DNA of 64,000 nucleotides from the human T2T-CHM13v2.0 reference genome, Homo sapiens. Every line of letters starts with the position of its first letter. Positions within the stretch are counted from its first letter, which is position 1. The stretch is from assembly GCF_009914755.1 (NCBI RefSeq), contig NC_060936.1, one strand, 5' to 3'. The notes below the pieces were generated by a model that ran no database searches, was not told the origin of the DNA, and saw nothing but the letters and a program-made list of their open reading frames with translations. Below, one piece after another: positions 1 through 12,712 of this stretch. Position numbers and translations under genes: made by a program.

Positions 1-798
1 AGGACCCTCAGCTGAAGGTCTGTTGGAATACCCTGCCGTGTGAGGTGTCAGTGTGCCCCTGCTGGGGGGTGCCTCCCAGTTAGGCTGCTCGGGGGTCAGG
101 GGTCAGGGACCCACTTGAGGAGGCAGTCTGCCTGTTCTCAGATCTCCAGCTGCGTGCTGGGAGAACCACTGCTCTCTTCAAAGCTGTCAGACAGGGACAT
201 TTAAGTCTGCAGAGGTTACTGCTGTCTTTTTGTTTGTCTGTGCCCTGCCACCATAGGTGGAGCCTACAGAGGCAGGTAGGCCTCCTTGAGCTGTGGTGGG
301 CTCCACCCAGTTCGAGCTTCCCGGCTGCTTTGTTTACCTAAGGAAGCCTGGGCGATGGCGGGCGCCCCTCCCCCAGCCTCGCTGCCGCCTTGCAGTTTGA
401 TCTCAGACTGCTGTACTAGCAATCAGTGAGACTCCGTGGGCGTAGGACCCTCCGAGGCAGGTGTGGGATATAGTCTCGTGGTGCGCCGTTTTTTAAGCCG
501 GTCTGAAATGCGCAATATTCGGGTGGGAGTGACCCGATTTTCCAGGTGCGTCCGTCAGCCCTTTCTTTGACTCGGAAAGGGAACTCCCTGACCCCTTGCG
601 CTTCCCAGGTGAGGCAATGCCTCGCCCTGCTTCGGCTCGCGCACGGTGCGCGCACCCACTGACCTGCGCCCACTGTCTGGCACTCCCTAGTGAGATGAAC
701 CCGGTACCTCAGATGGAAATGCAGAAATCACCTGTCTTCTGTGTCGCTCACGCTGGGAGCTGTAGACCGGAGCTGTTCCTATTCGGCCATCTTGGCTC
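1..798 (-). mobile_element. Young LINE-1 5'UTR (L1PA2/L1HS-like); element continues off the left edge
   Basis: Reverse complement of the L1 5'UTR, ending ...ggccatcttggctc (YY1 site at 785-794); many CpGs retained. Confidence 0.93.
355..570 (+). pseudogene. L1 ORF0 (antisense ORF of the 5'UTR), disrupted by TGA at codon 25
   Basis: ATG at 355 gives MAGAPPPASLPPCSLISDCCTSNQ then TGA 427-429; the frame continues to the usual stop at 568-570 (216 nt total). Confidence 0.85.
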
Positions 799-1688
799 GA
801 GAGTCTGAAAACCAAGATTCTTTAATACCCATTTTTCCTATTAAAGTTATCATTCAAAATGGAAAAAATAAACTTATTTTCCCCTTAGTAAATTATAATT
901 TTTTTCTTGATAATAATTTCTTTCTTGCCCAATTATTGTGAGTTTTCATGAGGTGTCACATATTAATGTGCCTGTCATGGTTCCTAGAATAACATAAACA
1001 ACAAATGGTGAGTATTATAGTAATAGTTGCATTGGGCTGGAAAACCAATATTCAGTTGCTTTGCTAACTTTTAAAACCACCGTTAATGTAGGAAAGAATG
1101 CACATATTAGAAGGTAAATCATAAATGTAATGTCTTTCCAGGAATTTAGCAATTTTAGCCTAAACTGTTTTGAAAAGACTTTTCTTATTTGTAGGTTTAG
1201 AATATTTTCTGAGCCTCTAGAGTTTATATGCTCAGTCCTTTTTTCGTTCTAAAGTTCAGTTGATTGGACTAGATAAGCTGCAGGACTCCCATTACAGTAG
1301 CACAGGATAAGGGCAATTTGAGATGGTGGCTTTTACAATAGTGACACTGAAAATGTTAAGCCTCACAAAATGCAGCATTCTTAAGACCATTATCTCCTAA
1401 GATATTTAACTATTCAATTTTGAGTTTGGATTAGGTTGAAAAACAAGCCCTCTACCTTGGTGTAAATCTGCTTACTTGATAAGTGCCTTGTTAATCTGCT
1501 TTGGGAATTTTCAGAGCTCTAATAGGAAATTATTTTGGGGGGAAGCTCCTGAAGTGATTATAAGAAAATAATTAAAGATTATTTAGTCTTGGCAATGTTA
1601 TAAAAATAATTAGCTTTAGTAATTTAAACTTGAAAGAATTCAAAATCCTCTTTTAAATCTTAAATGCCATTTATTCAATCTTTCAAAC

Positions 1689-1751
1689 AACCCAATTGCC
1701 CATCAGTGATAGACTGGATAAAGAAAATGTGGCACATATACATCATGGAAT
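1689..1751 (+). mobile_element. Short L1 ORF2 3' fragment
   Basis: caacccaattgcccatcagtgatagactggataaagaaaatgtggcacatatac matches the L1 ORF2 C-terminal region. Confidence 0.7.
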
Positions 1752-2306
1752 AACTACGTTTTGGATTCTTATTGCAAGAACTGCTGAGGAACCATTAAAA
1801 TACTTTTGATTACTATAGATTATTGGTATTGGTTTTATTCCAGTATGTGGATAATCAAGAGTATGATCTTTTGGAAACAGCTTTCATATTTATTGTTTTT
1901 GTGGTGATAGAATTTTATCTGTTTTAACAGGACTTATTAAATTCTAAAAGGCCTGGAATGTTTTGTGTGTGAGTGAAAAAATACACGGATTATGGGGAAA
2001 ATGTTATAATTAAAATATAAATCTTTTTCATTATAGTATTCCTTTGACTCAAAAGAAAAGTGATAAAATTATTAAAATGCTTTGATGAAGATTATTTATC
2101 TAGGCCTAATTAGCTGGGGACCCATGCTCATGTGTTTTCTGCATTGTTGTACTTAATAAGATATATTATGAGTGACACATATGCTGACATCAATTAACAT
2201 CGGAGTATTCATCATGCACTCAGCATTTCTAGGGATCAGGACCTCAATGGTATGGTTTCTGTCAATATTTCCTATGTGATTCTGGCTCTGTCTTTTCACT
2301 TTCTAG

Positions 2307-2413
2307 AACTGATGATGATGAAACCTATTGCCGAGCAGCCACTGAGTATGCTAGAGCCTGCTCTCATGCTGGCTACCCTATTCAAGACTGGAGAGATGAC
2401 TTTCCAGCATGCA
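2307..2413 (+). CDS. OTOGL: OTOGL exon A (107 nt, phase 2-1): TDDDETYCRAATEYARACSHAGYPIQDWRDDFPAC, end of C8-1
   Basis: ttctag| acceptor, |gtatgt donor; C8 motif C.A..EYARAC..AG.....WR...C; in phase with the next exon. Confidence 0.93.
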
Positions 2414-2690
2414 GTATGTTTTTTTATTTTCCAAGCCCTGTGTACTTTTGCCAATTTTGGGTTAAACCTAGAACTCAAAACTTACTGTACTACTCAATAC
2501 TAATGAATTGCAAGGATTTGTTATTGAGATATCCATGAACTTGCATACTTTTTGAAACAAGTATGCAATTTTTTTTGCAATTAAAAGTTATTTTTTGCAA
2601 ATTATTTTTTGTAAAAAATAAAATTATAATTTTTAAAAAGAAATAGAGGCTAATAAAATTGACTTAAGCTCCCCTGTTTGTCTGTTTTAG

Positions 2691-2816
2691 CTGATAAATG
2701 TGATGATAGCTTTGTCCATCGGGACTGTATCAGTTGTTGTCCACCAACCTGCACATTTGAGAAGCAATGTCTTGGGAGCAATCTCCATTGTCTTGATGGA
2801 TGTTACTGCCCAGATG
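2691..2816 (+). CDS. OTOGL: OTOGL exon B (126 nt): DKCDDSFVHRDCISCCPPTCTFEKQCLGSNLHCLDGCYCPD, TIL1
   Basis: ttttag|ctg...gatg|gtaagt; TIL cysteine pattern. Confidence 0.95.
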
Positions 2817-3422
2817 GTAAGTGCTTCATGAAGAAACCATGTCTGCACTCATGGAAACTAGTACCCAGTGATCTAAGGATCACATCTTCGTTTTGCTGTC
2901 CTTTCCCAGTACATTGGACCTATTGCAATTTTCTGTTCTTGTAGAAGTTGGTCCTTGAAGTGACAAGGAGGAATGGCTACTTTTCATTGATAAAAGGCTC
3001 ATTACTTTGTAAAGTTTCCAGGAAATTTGGAATCTATAGTCCTGAAGTTACCCATGAGAAATCTTTTGTTCGATCAATATTTAATGGTATTTAACAATTT
3101 ATATATCTTCACTTTTTAAAAAAGGAAAGGAAGTTTGAGAGAAAGGTTTCACATTTTTCTGGCACAATCTAGTACTGATGTAGTTTTAATATTTGAAATT
3201 AAAAGTAACTTAGCAAGTGAGAGAGGTAGGATTTAAAATTAGGAATGAATCTGCTATACTGATAGCTGTTTCTAAAGAACACTGAGGATTTACTCAAACC
3301 CTTTTTATTTTTACAGATTAAAAAAATAGAATCACAGAGATAAGTGATTTTCCCAATATCCTCATTAACTGAGTGAGGATTACTTGGAACCAGATCTGTT
3401 TGGCCTCTGCTCATTGTTCTGT

Positions 3423-3690
3423 TAGTGCTACTCAAAGTATGGCGGACCAGTGCTAGTCTGAGCTGTTTGTGACCTGTCAATGACAAGATAAGGCATTTGC
3501 ACCAGAATGTAAGCCCAAGCACCAAAATAAAGTCAGTGCTTTCTCCTACAGTCTTACCATGAAAAGGTCAGCTGAATGAAACACTGTGCTTAGTAACATG
3601 GCTGATTTAAATTCTGGCTCAACCTCCTTTACCTGTCAGACAGCAGTAACAAATGCAGTCGCATGGTCTTGGACATTTGAGTAGCAGTAC
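3423..3690. mobile_element. hAT-Charlie MITE (MER5-group-like)
   Basis: Terminal inverted ends tagtgctactcaaagt ... catttgagtagcagt. Confidence 0.5.
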
Positions 3691-4080
3691 CTAGCTCTTT
3701 ATGATTCTGTGTGACAGTGTAAATCTTTCTCATCTTGGAATGAACAGAAACTAAACTAAAAATGTACTTTCTCCCTCCTTCTCTCCCTTCCTCCCTCAAA
3801 TGCAAGGAAACATTGTTTTGTTTCCTTTATTCTGTATGGTGAACCTTGAGTTTTTGATGGCAAGTCATGGGATAAGAAAATTGAAAACTACTGAAATAGA
3901 TCCTTTAAGGTAGCTACTGCCTGAGAGTCAGGTTGTCAGTAATCCCACTGAAAGTAAAGAAATTTGTATTTCCAGCATCATGCGTAGGTGTTCAACAGAA
4001 GTTGGTTGAATTATTATATTCCAGAAATACAATCTTTATTATTTCTTTTGAAATTTTGATGTGTATTTCTTCTCAATTAG

Positions 4081-4189
4081 GCCTCGTAATGGACAATGGG
4101 ACTTGCATCTCCTTGGAAAATTGCCCATGCGGTTTTCATGGATTAGCTTATTCAGTTGGTTCAAAAATTGAACAAGAATGTACTGAATG
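4081..4189 (+). CDS. OTOGL: OTOGL exon C (109 nt): GLVMDNGTCISLENCPCGFHGLAYSVGSKIEQECTE
   Basis: aattag|gcc...aatg|gtatgt; TIL end and E module. Confidence 0.94.
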
Positions 4190-5133
4190 GTATGTGATCA
4201 GTGTGCAGCCAATTATTTCTGGGTACTTGGCTAGTTGACAACTTTACCATGACAGATGTTTAAAGGAATATACTCATTACTAATTTACTTCCCAAATTCC
4301 AACACAAAACTTGCATTTTATTTAAACTCCTTGGGGGAAGGGACATCTGTATTTCCTTTTATGATGTAATTCTTATCACTTACCTTGGTAATTCTATAAC
4401 ATCTTATATCCACATAATGAGTCTGTTGCATTTTCTTATCGTTTGTAATCACTAATTTGCACATACTGTTAGAACTTGATGGTGCTTCTGGGCTTCTCTG
4501 TTACATACTATAAAACATGCCTCTCCAGATCACCAATTTTTGGTCCATGATTAGAAACATTTAGAATTCCATATTAAATTTGCTAACTAACACTGTTGTC
4601 AAATATGAAATCCCTGCAGGACAGTCCTAAAAAGAAACAGAGGTCTAAATGTTGTCGGATACTTTTCCCTTTGGTGTCTGTGTATATAATTGAAATGTAA
4701 TAGGATAACTAACCACATTCTCAGATGCTGATTCTGTTTCCGTTTTACAGGTACTCTGCTTTTGTCCTCTAAAACTCACACCTTTGTCAGGGTGGAAGGT
4801 AGAATTTATCTGACATAAGAGGAGATCTCTTCTCTCTTTTTAATACCTGTTGATCTTCATCATAGTCAGTGATTTTTACATATGACACACAAGAGATAAT
4901 AATTTAGGTGCCAGCCAGCTCAAAATTACCAGTCAATTGAACTTATGCAGAGATGATTTTTTTATTATTATTTATTGATTTTATTTATTTTATTTTTTGC
5001 AGAGATTTTTTTAAGTCAGATTATTCTGAACCTATAAACATGATATATTTTGGTCCATTAATCAATACATTGATGCAAACATTAATACAGTTTCTCTATG
5101 CCAATAGATTAATATTTTTATAATTTCTTTTAG

Positions 5134-5180
5134 TGTGTGTGTTGGTGGAGTTTGGAACTGCACTGAGCAAGACTGTCCAG
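5134..5180 (+). CDS. OTOGL: OTOGL exon D (47 nt): CVCVGGVWNCTEQDCP
   Basis: ttttag|tgt...ccag|gtaatt; E-module C.C.GG.W.C; missed by the ORF track but restores the phase. Confidence 0.93.
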
Positions 5181-5649
5181 GTAATTTTTTAAAATGTTTT
5201 TATAGAGAATGTTTCAAATTTCTTTAGACTGGGGAGAAAGATAGCACTGATCTTTATGAAGACATCTCATATATACCAAGGGCTACAATAATCTGTAAAT
5301 GCAATTACTCAGAGGATACATGGAAAATTGAACAAGTGATAGCATTGAGTGGGCAACTTTGGTAAAACTTTATTAAAATAGTGTAAATGTTATAAAACCT
5401 AAAAAATGTGGAATAAATATCATTTTATAAACATTAAATTAAATGGGATAATATAATTTAGTCTAGTAAGTTTGTCAAACCAGTAAATTTTAAATACAAC
5501 ACAGTAGATTTTCAAAGTTTTGATGCATGATTATTTACCCTAAGTTGATCTGCTTTTAAAGGATTAACCTAATGGTATCATCCTCCTCTCTCTCCTCCTC
5601 TATCTCCACCTCCTTTTCTTTTTCTTTGTTTTCTTTTTTTTTTTGGCAG

Positions 5650-5795
5650 TTCAATGCTCAGTTGTAGGTGATTCTCACTTTACAACTTTTGATGGTCGAC
5701 ATTATTCTTTTATTGGCATGTGCCAATACATCCTCGTGAAAGGAACTGGAAAAGATAAATTCACGATTACTTTACAGAAAGCTCCCTGTGAGCAG
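5650..5795 (+). CDS. OTOGL: OTOGL exon E (146 nt): [49 protein letters not shown], start of VWD2
   Basis: long polypyrimidine tract, ggcag|tt; cag|gtaaga; VWD N-terminal motif. Confidence 0.96.
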
Positions 5796-6946
5796 GTAAG
5801 AACATTTCAAAATGACCAGAGGAATATGGATTCACTGATTTTTGCTTAAACTTCATTTCAGACTAAGAATGATAACATGAGTGGATATAGCTATTTTCCT
5901 TAACACTAAGATGACATTGATTATTAAGATACATCATTATTCTACATATTAGAAAGAAGTGTTGATAATTATTCTATGACATACCATTGGTTACATGACG
6001 CATCTTGATCTCAGAGATATTAAGCTGTGAAAACAAGTATGTCTTAGATTAAATACTATATATTTAATTGCATTTTCTTTTTTAAAAAGTAGTACGTATA
6101 GTTTTTTGTACATATAGTTTTGTACGTATAGTTTTTTGAACATTTTATGCATGATTGTACAATGGATCTAAGTTTTTTGTTTGCTTCAACCTAGCTATTT
6201 TAAAGAGACTATTTTTGACAGTTTTGAACTGGTTTCATAGCATTCTAAACAGATATGATGAATTTCTTAACATATTGGAATATTTATTTAGATCTTTTCT
6301 TGAAATAGTAAACTCATCAATAATTTCTAAATAAAGAAATCTAGGTCTTTCATTCATCTCTCTAAAGCAGGTAGTCAAAATTTTGCCAAAATATTTAATT
6401 TTTTAGTTCTATTCTAATAGAAAATAATTATTTCCAACAAAAATTCTGAACTGCTTTATTTGTTTTTTTTCCAGTTTTATTTTTTCTATGTAATATATTA
6501 GAGTCTGAATTAACTTTCTGTGTAGAAGTCTAATTCTCTTGGTTCTTTGCTTTATTGACTTTTTTTGTCTAATACGCCAGTTAAATGAATTTAGAGAGGT
6601 ACTTTATATGCCATGGAAAACATAACTATTGGTACTTTACTGAAAGACTTTAATGTTCTAAGTAAAATGTATGTATACATCTGATATATTTAATGTACTA
6701 TATAAAGTTATATTTTATTAGGAATGGGGCTACATAAAATGGGTTATATATCAGCTACTTTATTACATTACTTATACTCAAGGCTTTTATATATTAGAAA
6801 TTCTAATTTATATGCACTCTCTTTCTTTTTTGTTCTCTCCTCTCTCTTTCTCCCCTTCTCCCTTTCTCCCATCTCCACCTTCCTGTCTCTTTCTATGGCT
6901 CTCTCTCTCTCCCATTCCTTGCATTGATAATTTGATTTTTACGCAG

Positions 6947-7070
6947 AATCTTGGCTTGGTCTGCCTTCAGTCTATAACTCTGATTCTGGAGGATGATTTT
7001 AACAAACAAGTGACCCTTGGTAGGGGAGGACAAATTCTCACTAGTCCTAACCAAGGCTTCAACCTGAATG
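6947..7070 (+). CDS. OTOGL: OTOGL exon F (124 nt): NLGLVCLQSITLILEDDFNKQVTLGRGGQILTSPNQGFNLN
   Basis: acgcag|aat...aatg|gtaaga; phase 0-1. Confidence 0.94.
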
Positions 7071-7106
7071 GTAAGAAACAGTGCTAATGGTGTACTTTCT
7101 TTACAT

Positions 7107-7141
7107 CAAACAAACAAACAAACAAACAAACAAACAAACAA
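7107..7141 (+). repeat. (CAAA)n microsatellite
   Basis: about 8-9 perfect units, starting ~36 nt after the exon F donor. Confidence 0.95.
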
Positions 7142-8443
7142 CACACGCAAACAAAATGGGATCTTTTCCTAATGTTAGGCTGACTACCTAGCATTTATAG
7201 AGTTTGTATGTGTCATCAGGCCATCAGCTACAGATAGTGATGATGATTATGTTTATGGGACCTAGTGATTACCTCAAGTGATCTAGACTTTGGAAGGGAA
7301 GAGAGACAAGCAAGCAGCCACTTACAATAAAATGTGATAGACTCAAAGACATACATAAAGACTTTGGGGAGTCTAAATGAGGTGCAGCTCACTCAGCTCT
7401 GGAGAGGGGTGTACTGAAATGGTCAGGAGTGTTTTCTGAAAGAGGTGGGTGATTATACAATGATTGTCTCATTGAGCATTTAAGGATGAGGAATTGCTGG
7501 GTTGAAGGGGATGGGGAAAGTGTTTCATGCAGATCAAGGAGGTGTCGAATTTTGCAGCATATTTAGGGGGAACCAGAACTAAATTGGTTCTGCTACAGCA
7601 GAGAGAGGGTAAAGGAGAATGTCTGGATGTAGGTAAGGATGAGAAGGGCTTATGTAGGAGGCATTTTACATTGTGGATTTCTGGGGCAGGTCCTGTTCAT
7701 GCCTGCATTCCAGCATAGCTGTTAATAACACTCTCACTCTCAAAAATGTCTTGATTTATCTTACAAATCACATGCTCACGCTACACAGGTGTCAGGCTAG
7801 GGAAGTTGAACTTGATACGAATCAAATATGAAATTATCATTTTTGACCATTTTTATGTACAAAGAGGGCAATCTCACGGTTCAACCAAATAAATGGTGAG
7901 TTTTTAAGGAGGTTTTAAGGTGAAGTTTTTTTTTTTTTTGGTACATGACTATGACAACAGTGTAGAAGTGACTTTGAGAGTTGCTAGACAGGAAATATGG
8001 ACAAGAGTTAGGATGTTATAAAAGTAGGGCATGTGAGGAATGAGGAGGAGGTCATCTAAGGCAGTGATGATAGAGATGGAGAGAAGAAGACAGATTGAAA
8101 AAACATTTAGGACAAAAGTCTGAACTTGGTAATGGATTTCAAATGTCTAAGGACTTCCTCCTTCCTTGTGAGATGCTTGCAAACTGAAAGTATGTATTGA
8201 CCTGAACAACTACTAAAAATGGCTGCTGAAGACCAGGAAGGAGGGAGAAAAGGAGAGGAATAGGAGGGAAAAAAGGCAGCCATAGGTGGCAAAAATTTGG
8301 CCCTGAAGCACAGACAGGAACCACTAGCCTGCCTCTCCTCCTTCCCTGGTATCTGGGGAAGAGAGTCCTGGTGGTGTACCCTAGCATTTCAGAACACCGT
8401 CTATGAATGTCAAAGCTGATTTACGTATGTTCTTTTCCTGCAG

Positions 8444-8621
8444 GTATTGTTGAAATTCAAACTCTGTCATCCTTATTTATACTTCTAAAAACCACATTTG
8501 GTTTAAAGATTCTGTTTGCTATAGATGGGGAAAGAATTTATATTCAGCTTACTAGCGCATGGAAAAGAAGAACATTAGGTCTGTGTGGCACTTTTAATGG
8601 CAACATAAGGGATGATTTTCT
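8444..8621 (+). CDS. OTOGL: OTOGL exon G (178 nt): GIVEIQTLSS...AWKRRTLGLCGTFNGNIRDDF
   Basis: cctgcag|gt...ttct|gtaagt; VWD GLCG.FNG..DDF motif. Confidence 0.95.
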
Positions 8622-9359
8622 GTAAGTATGATTTCTGCATAGTTAACATACTTAATGACTGGTCATTTAAAGGATATAAATTCATTAAAAATGTTTACTT
8701 AACTAATAATTGCTTAGCTGTCATTATCCCAAGAGATTTACATGGATCATCGTATTTAAAATGTATAGCAATCTCTGATAAATATGTTTATTTTGTAGAT
8801 AAGGAAACTAATCAAGTCCTCAAAGTGGCAAATAAATCATTCAAGGTCACTTAGCTCACATGTAGTGGAGCTAGGCTTTGGATTTAGACAGTGTGGCTCA
8901 GCTATGCTCACTGTTCCAGCTATTCTCTTCTCTGCCATCTACCAACCTTAACAGTATTTTATTTTTGAAACATAGCTGCCTAAAAAAACCAAACAAATAA
9001 ACAAACAAAAAACCCTCAATATCAGTATGCATTAGTGGTAGTAAATACTCTATAAATATTGATATCATTTGGTATTATTAATACCTAAAAAGCAACATTT
9101 TATTATCTTGCTAGATACTGTGATTGTTGGTGTTTCATTGGAAAAGAAGCAATAACACATATTTGTACCCCTTGTATTGACCAGGTACTTTTCACCTACG
9201 TGTGAAAAGAAGCAGTTTATAATTTAGTGTAAATGCTTTGTGCACTTGTTATCATGCTAAAAGCACAATGGGAGCAATTTAAGCAGTAGACCATGGTTCT
9301 CATCCTCATGGAGCTTTGTGTTGCAGATCAGGAGAGGATAACAACCTTTAAGAAATATA

Positions 9360-9735
9360 TCTGGAATCTAAAATAGTTGAAATCACAGAAGCAAAGTATT
9401 ATAGAATGGTGTTTGCCAGAGGATAAGGGTCGGGGTGGGAGTGTGGGAAGATGTTGGTCAAAGGGTACAAAGTTTCAGCTAGACAGGGTGCATAAGCTTG
9501 GGAGATGTTTTGAGATCAATTAATTATATAATGACTATAATTAATGTGTACTTGAAAATTGCTAAGAGAGTAGATATTAAAAGTTCTCACAGCAAAAAAT
9601 AAGAATGTGAGGTGATGCACATGTTCATTAGCTTGATTTAACCATTTCACAATGTATACCTCGGAACATCATGTTGTACTCTGTAAATGTATATAATTTT
9701 TTTTAGCTATACCTTAATTTTAAAAATAAAAAATG
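9360..9735 (+). mobile_element. Old L1M (L1MA/MB-type) 3' end fragment
   Basis: aagggtacaaagtttcag, tacttgaaaattgctaagagagtagat and gtgaggtgatg motifs. Confidence 0.7.
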
Positions 9736-9967
9736 AATATTTAGTGTTAGGCAAGGATCAATCAACTATATATATATATAAATAAATCAACTATTATATA
9801 TAAAAATCAACTATATATATAAATGCTGAGGTGATTCTAAAAATTAAGTGTTGGGCTTTGTGATTATGGCTAGAAGAACAATAGGGGGTTCACTGTGGGC
9901 TGGGCAGCCAGGGGACATTTCATGGAGAAGCTACTCTCCAAATACTGTTTCATTTCTTTTTTAAAAC

Positions 9968-10450
9968 ATTTTATTTAATTTATTATTATTATTTTTATTT
10001 TATATTAAGTTCTAGGATACATATGCTGAATGTGCAGGTTTGTTACATAGACATACATGTGCCATGGTGGTTTGCTGCACCTATCAACCCGTCATCTAGG
10101 TTTTAAGCCCCGCATGCATTAGGTATTTGTCTTAATGCTCTTCCTCCCCTAGCCCCACACCCCCAGACAGGCCCCAGTGTGTGATACTCCCCTCTCTGTG
10201 TCCATGTGTACTCATTGCTCAACTCCCACTTATGAGTGAGAACATGCGGTGATTGGTTTTCCGTTCCTGTTATAGTTTGCTGAGGATGATGGTTTCCAGC
10301 TTCATCTACGTCCCTGCAAAAGACAGGAACTCATTCTTTTTCATGGCTGCATAGTACCACATTTTCTTTATCCAGTCTATCATTGATGGGCATTTGCGTT
10401 GGTTCCAAGTCTTTGCTATTGTAAATAGTGCTGTAATAAAATATATGTGC
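9968..10450 (-). mobile_element. 5'-truncated L1PA7/8-like 3' end
   Basis: T-rich tail, then atcaacccgtcatctaggttttaagccccgcatgcattagg 3'UTR. Confidence 0.88.
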
Positions 10451-12587
10451 TTTTTAAAAAACATTCTTGCCCATACCCTCCTTCCTGCTTGGGTTCTCTC
10501 CTGCTCCTCATCTTTCTTGTGACCTCCCATTTATTGTTCACCCCAATTCAGACATTATTTGCCTCAAAAAGCTGAGCATTCAAAGTTAAATCTGACAATG
10601 CATTATCTATGAAAATTTATTGTTTATCTGTCTGGTTTCTTGTCTTGTTTATCTGTTAGGGCTTTGAGACTAAGAGTTGTGTCCTTGGTCTTTGTATTCT
10701 TAGGAACTAGCATAGAACCTCACATATAGTGGACAGTTAATTGAACTGAGGTAGAATGTTTAGTGGGGCATCAGGAAGATAGTTTGAATGGGCAAGGGGA
10801 ACTGGCATTTAAAATTTAAAAAATTTTAATTTCTTCTATCTTGTCTCCTTGTCTTCCTGTACCTTGTTTTTAGGTAATTCAGTTTTTTGTTTTATTTATT
10901 TGTAGGTCAAAATATTGATATCTTCACCACACTTGAGAAGCAGAAATTACATTAAGTGGCTTGGCTATGATGTTCAGAAAAGACATTAATCCTGTTTTCT
11001 CTTCTTTGTTTGTCACAATGGGTCAGCAGTCAATGTTTAAGAGTCGGCAGATCTGTCTGCCTCTTTCTAAGGCACCAGTCCCCGCCACGTGTAAACATTT
11101 AGGTGTGATAAGAGTGCAAGATGATACTTCAGAGTCAGAGATAACTTGTGAACAGTGTTTAGCTTTCCAACTTAAGTAGTTAAAACTCTTTCTTCACAAA
11201 GGTTAATGTGAATATGCAGACATTGCGGAATAGAAAATATTAATTACTTGAAAACATATTTTGTATGCCTTATTATAATAAGTTGACTATGGTGAGCTGA
11301 AAGGTTATTTTATAAAATGAAAGACAATAAATAAGTCCACATTTTAGCTCTATTTTTAAAATTTATTGTTTTAAGGTAAACTAAATGAAATAAGAGAGCC
11401 AAGCTCTAAGTCAGTTCCACCTGGAAACCTTGACCTGTCACCCTGACCTATTTTATTATCCTTCAGAGGAGTGAAGAGAGAAGGAAGGGGAAAGAATGAG
11501 AAGAAATGAAGTAGCACAAACCATGCAATTACTTTGAGTCTCACTGTTCTTAAATAAACAAAATGAGATTTTGTACTAGGGTGTTTGTTGCAGTTCTTTA
11601 CAGTTATGGGCTAGTTTGATTTTGAGGAATAGGAAAAGGAGAGAAGGACGAAAGGGTGGGGACAAGGAAATGGCTTGCGTTGCTCCCTTTTTTTGTCCTC
11701 TCTCGGTCACTCTGCTGAGCAGCTCCAGTGAAAATAGTTAATCTATAAGGACACTAGAGAAAGCTGAGATAATGCCTACTCTTCTACTTAGCCATATTGG
11801 AGGAGTTAACACAGTCAGGATTGTGGTGTGGTCAAAAACTTCCTGCAGGAGATCTAGTTCAACCTGATTCCTAAGAAGTTTTGATAGTGTCTGGCACATT
11901 GTCCAATAGGGGTTGTCACTTAATAAATGTTGGTTGATGAATGAATACATCTGAATGGCTGCTGGGGGTGGAATTGCAGTGTTTGTTTCCTAAACACTGT
12001 TGTAGTTTTAAGATAGATGTTTTTCATTTGGTTTGCCCACTTCATAATGGAATCTTGATATTTCGGATCTCATAATGGAAATTGAAATATTGAACTGGAT
12101 ATATAGACTATTTATATTTTGAGATATTTGTCTTTACTTTGAAAAAAATCATGTGAAATGCCCATACTAACTTCCCCACATGCACCCTCAACCACACACA
12201 TGCTAAAGTTTTGGTTGTGTGAGTGTATGTGGTTAAGTCAGGGAGAACTGTGAATCGTGGCTTTGATACTTAGCAGCTTAGTGTAATTTAATATTTCTCG
12301 GAGATTCTGCTTTGCTTTCTCTGTAAAATGGGGATAAAAGATGTTTTTCTTATAAGTTTGAGATGAAGATTAAATAAAATCATGTATGTCTACAATTTGG
12401 CACATTGCAAAATGTCAGTAATATGGAGCTTAATATCGTTGTACTTTTTTTTAAACTGGTAGAAAATTTCAAGCTGTAAGATTTCCTTGTACATTATGAA
12501 AAATAGTATTCTCTTATTTAAATATCTGAAAGTTATGAACAAATGAATGAGAGATACATGAAGATGAGCATTGTCTTTGCTTTCTAG

Positions 12588-12712
12588 TTCTCCATCAGGC
12601 ATGATAGAAGGTACACCACAACTTCACGCAAATGCGTGGAGAGTTTCTTCTACCTGTTTTGCACCTGTTCATGTCCCAGTGGTGGACCCCTGTAACATCA
12701 ATCAACAAAACA
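12588..12712 (+). CDS. OTOGL: OTOGL exon H (125 nt): SPSGMIEGTPQLHANAWRVSSTCFAPVHVPVVDPCNINQQN
   Basis: ttctag|ttc...aaca|gtaagt; VWD C-terminal NAW...C motif. Confidence 0.94.

Noticed and set aside
596-808. 70-aa + strand ORF (MPRPASARAR...)
   Set aside because: Generic antisense L1 5'UTR reading frame, not ORF0 (which starts at 355) and not a host gene.
2541-2568. 10-bp-arm inverted repeat in the short A-B intron
   Set aside because: Short and AT-rich; plausible by chance in 64 kb.
4751-4798. Possible 48-nt poison exon (ttttacag|gtactc...gaag|gtagaa)
   Set aside because: The donor is weak, flanking exons C and D already join in phase, and the sequence alone gives no support.
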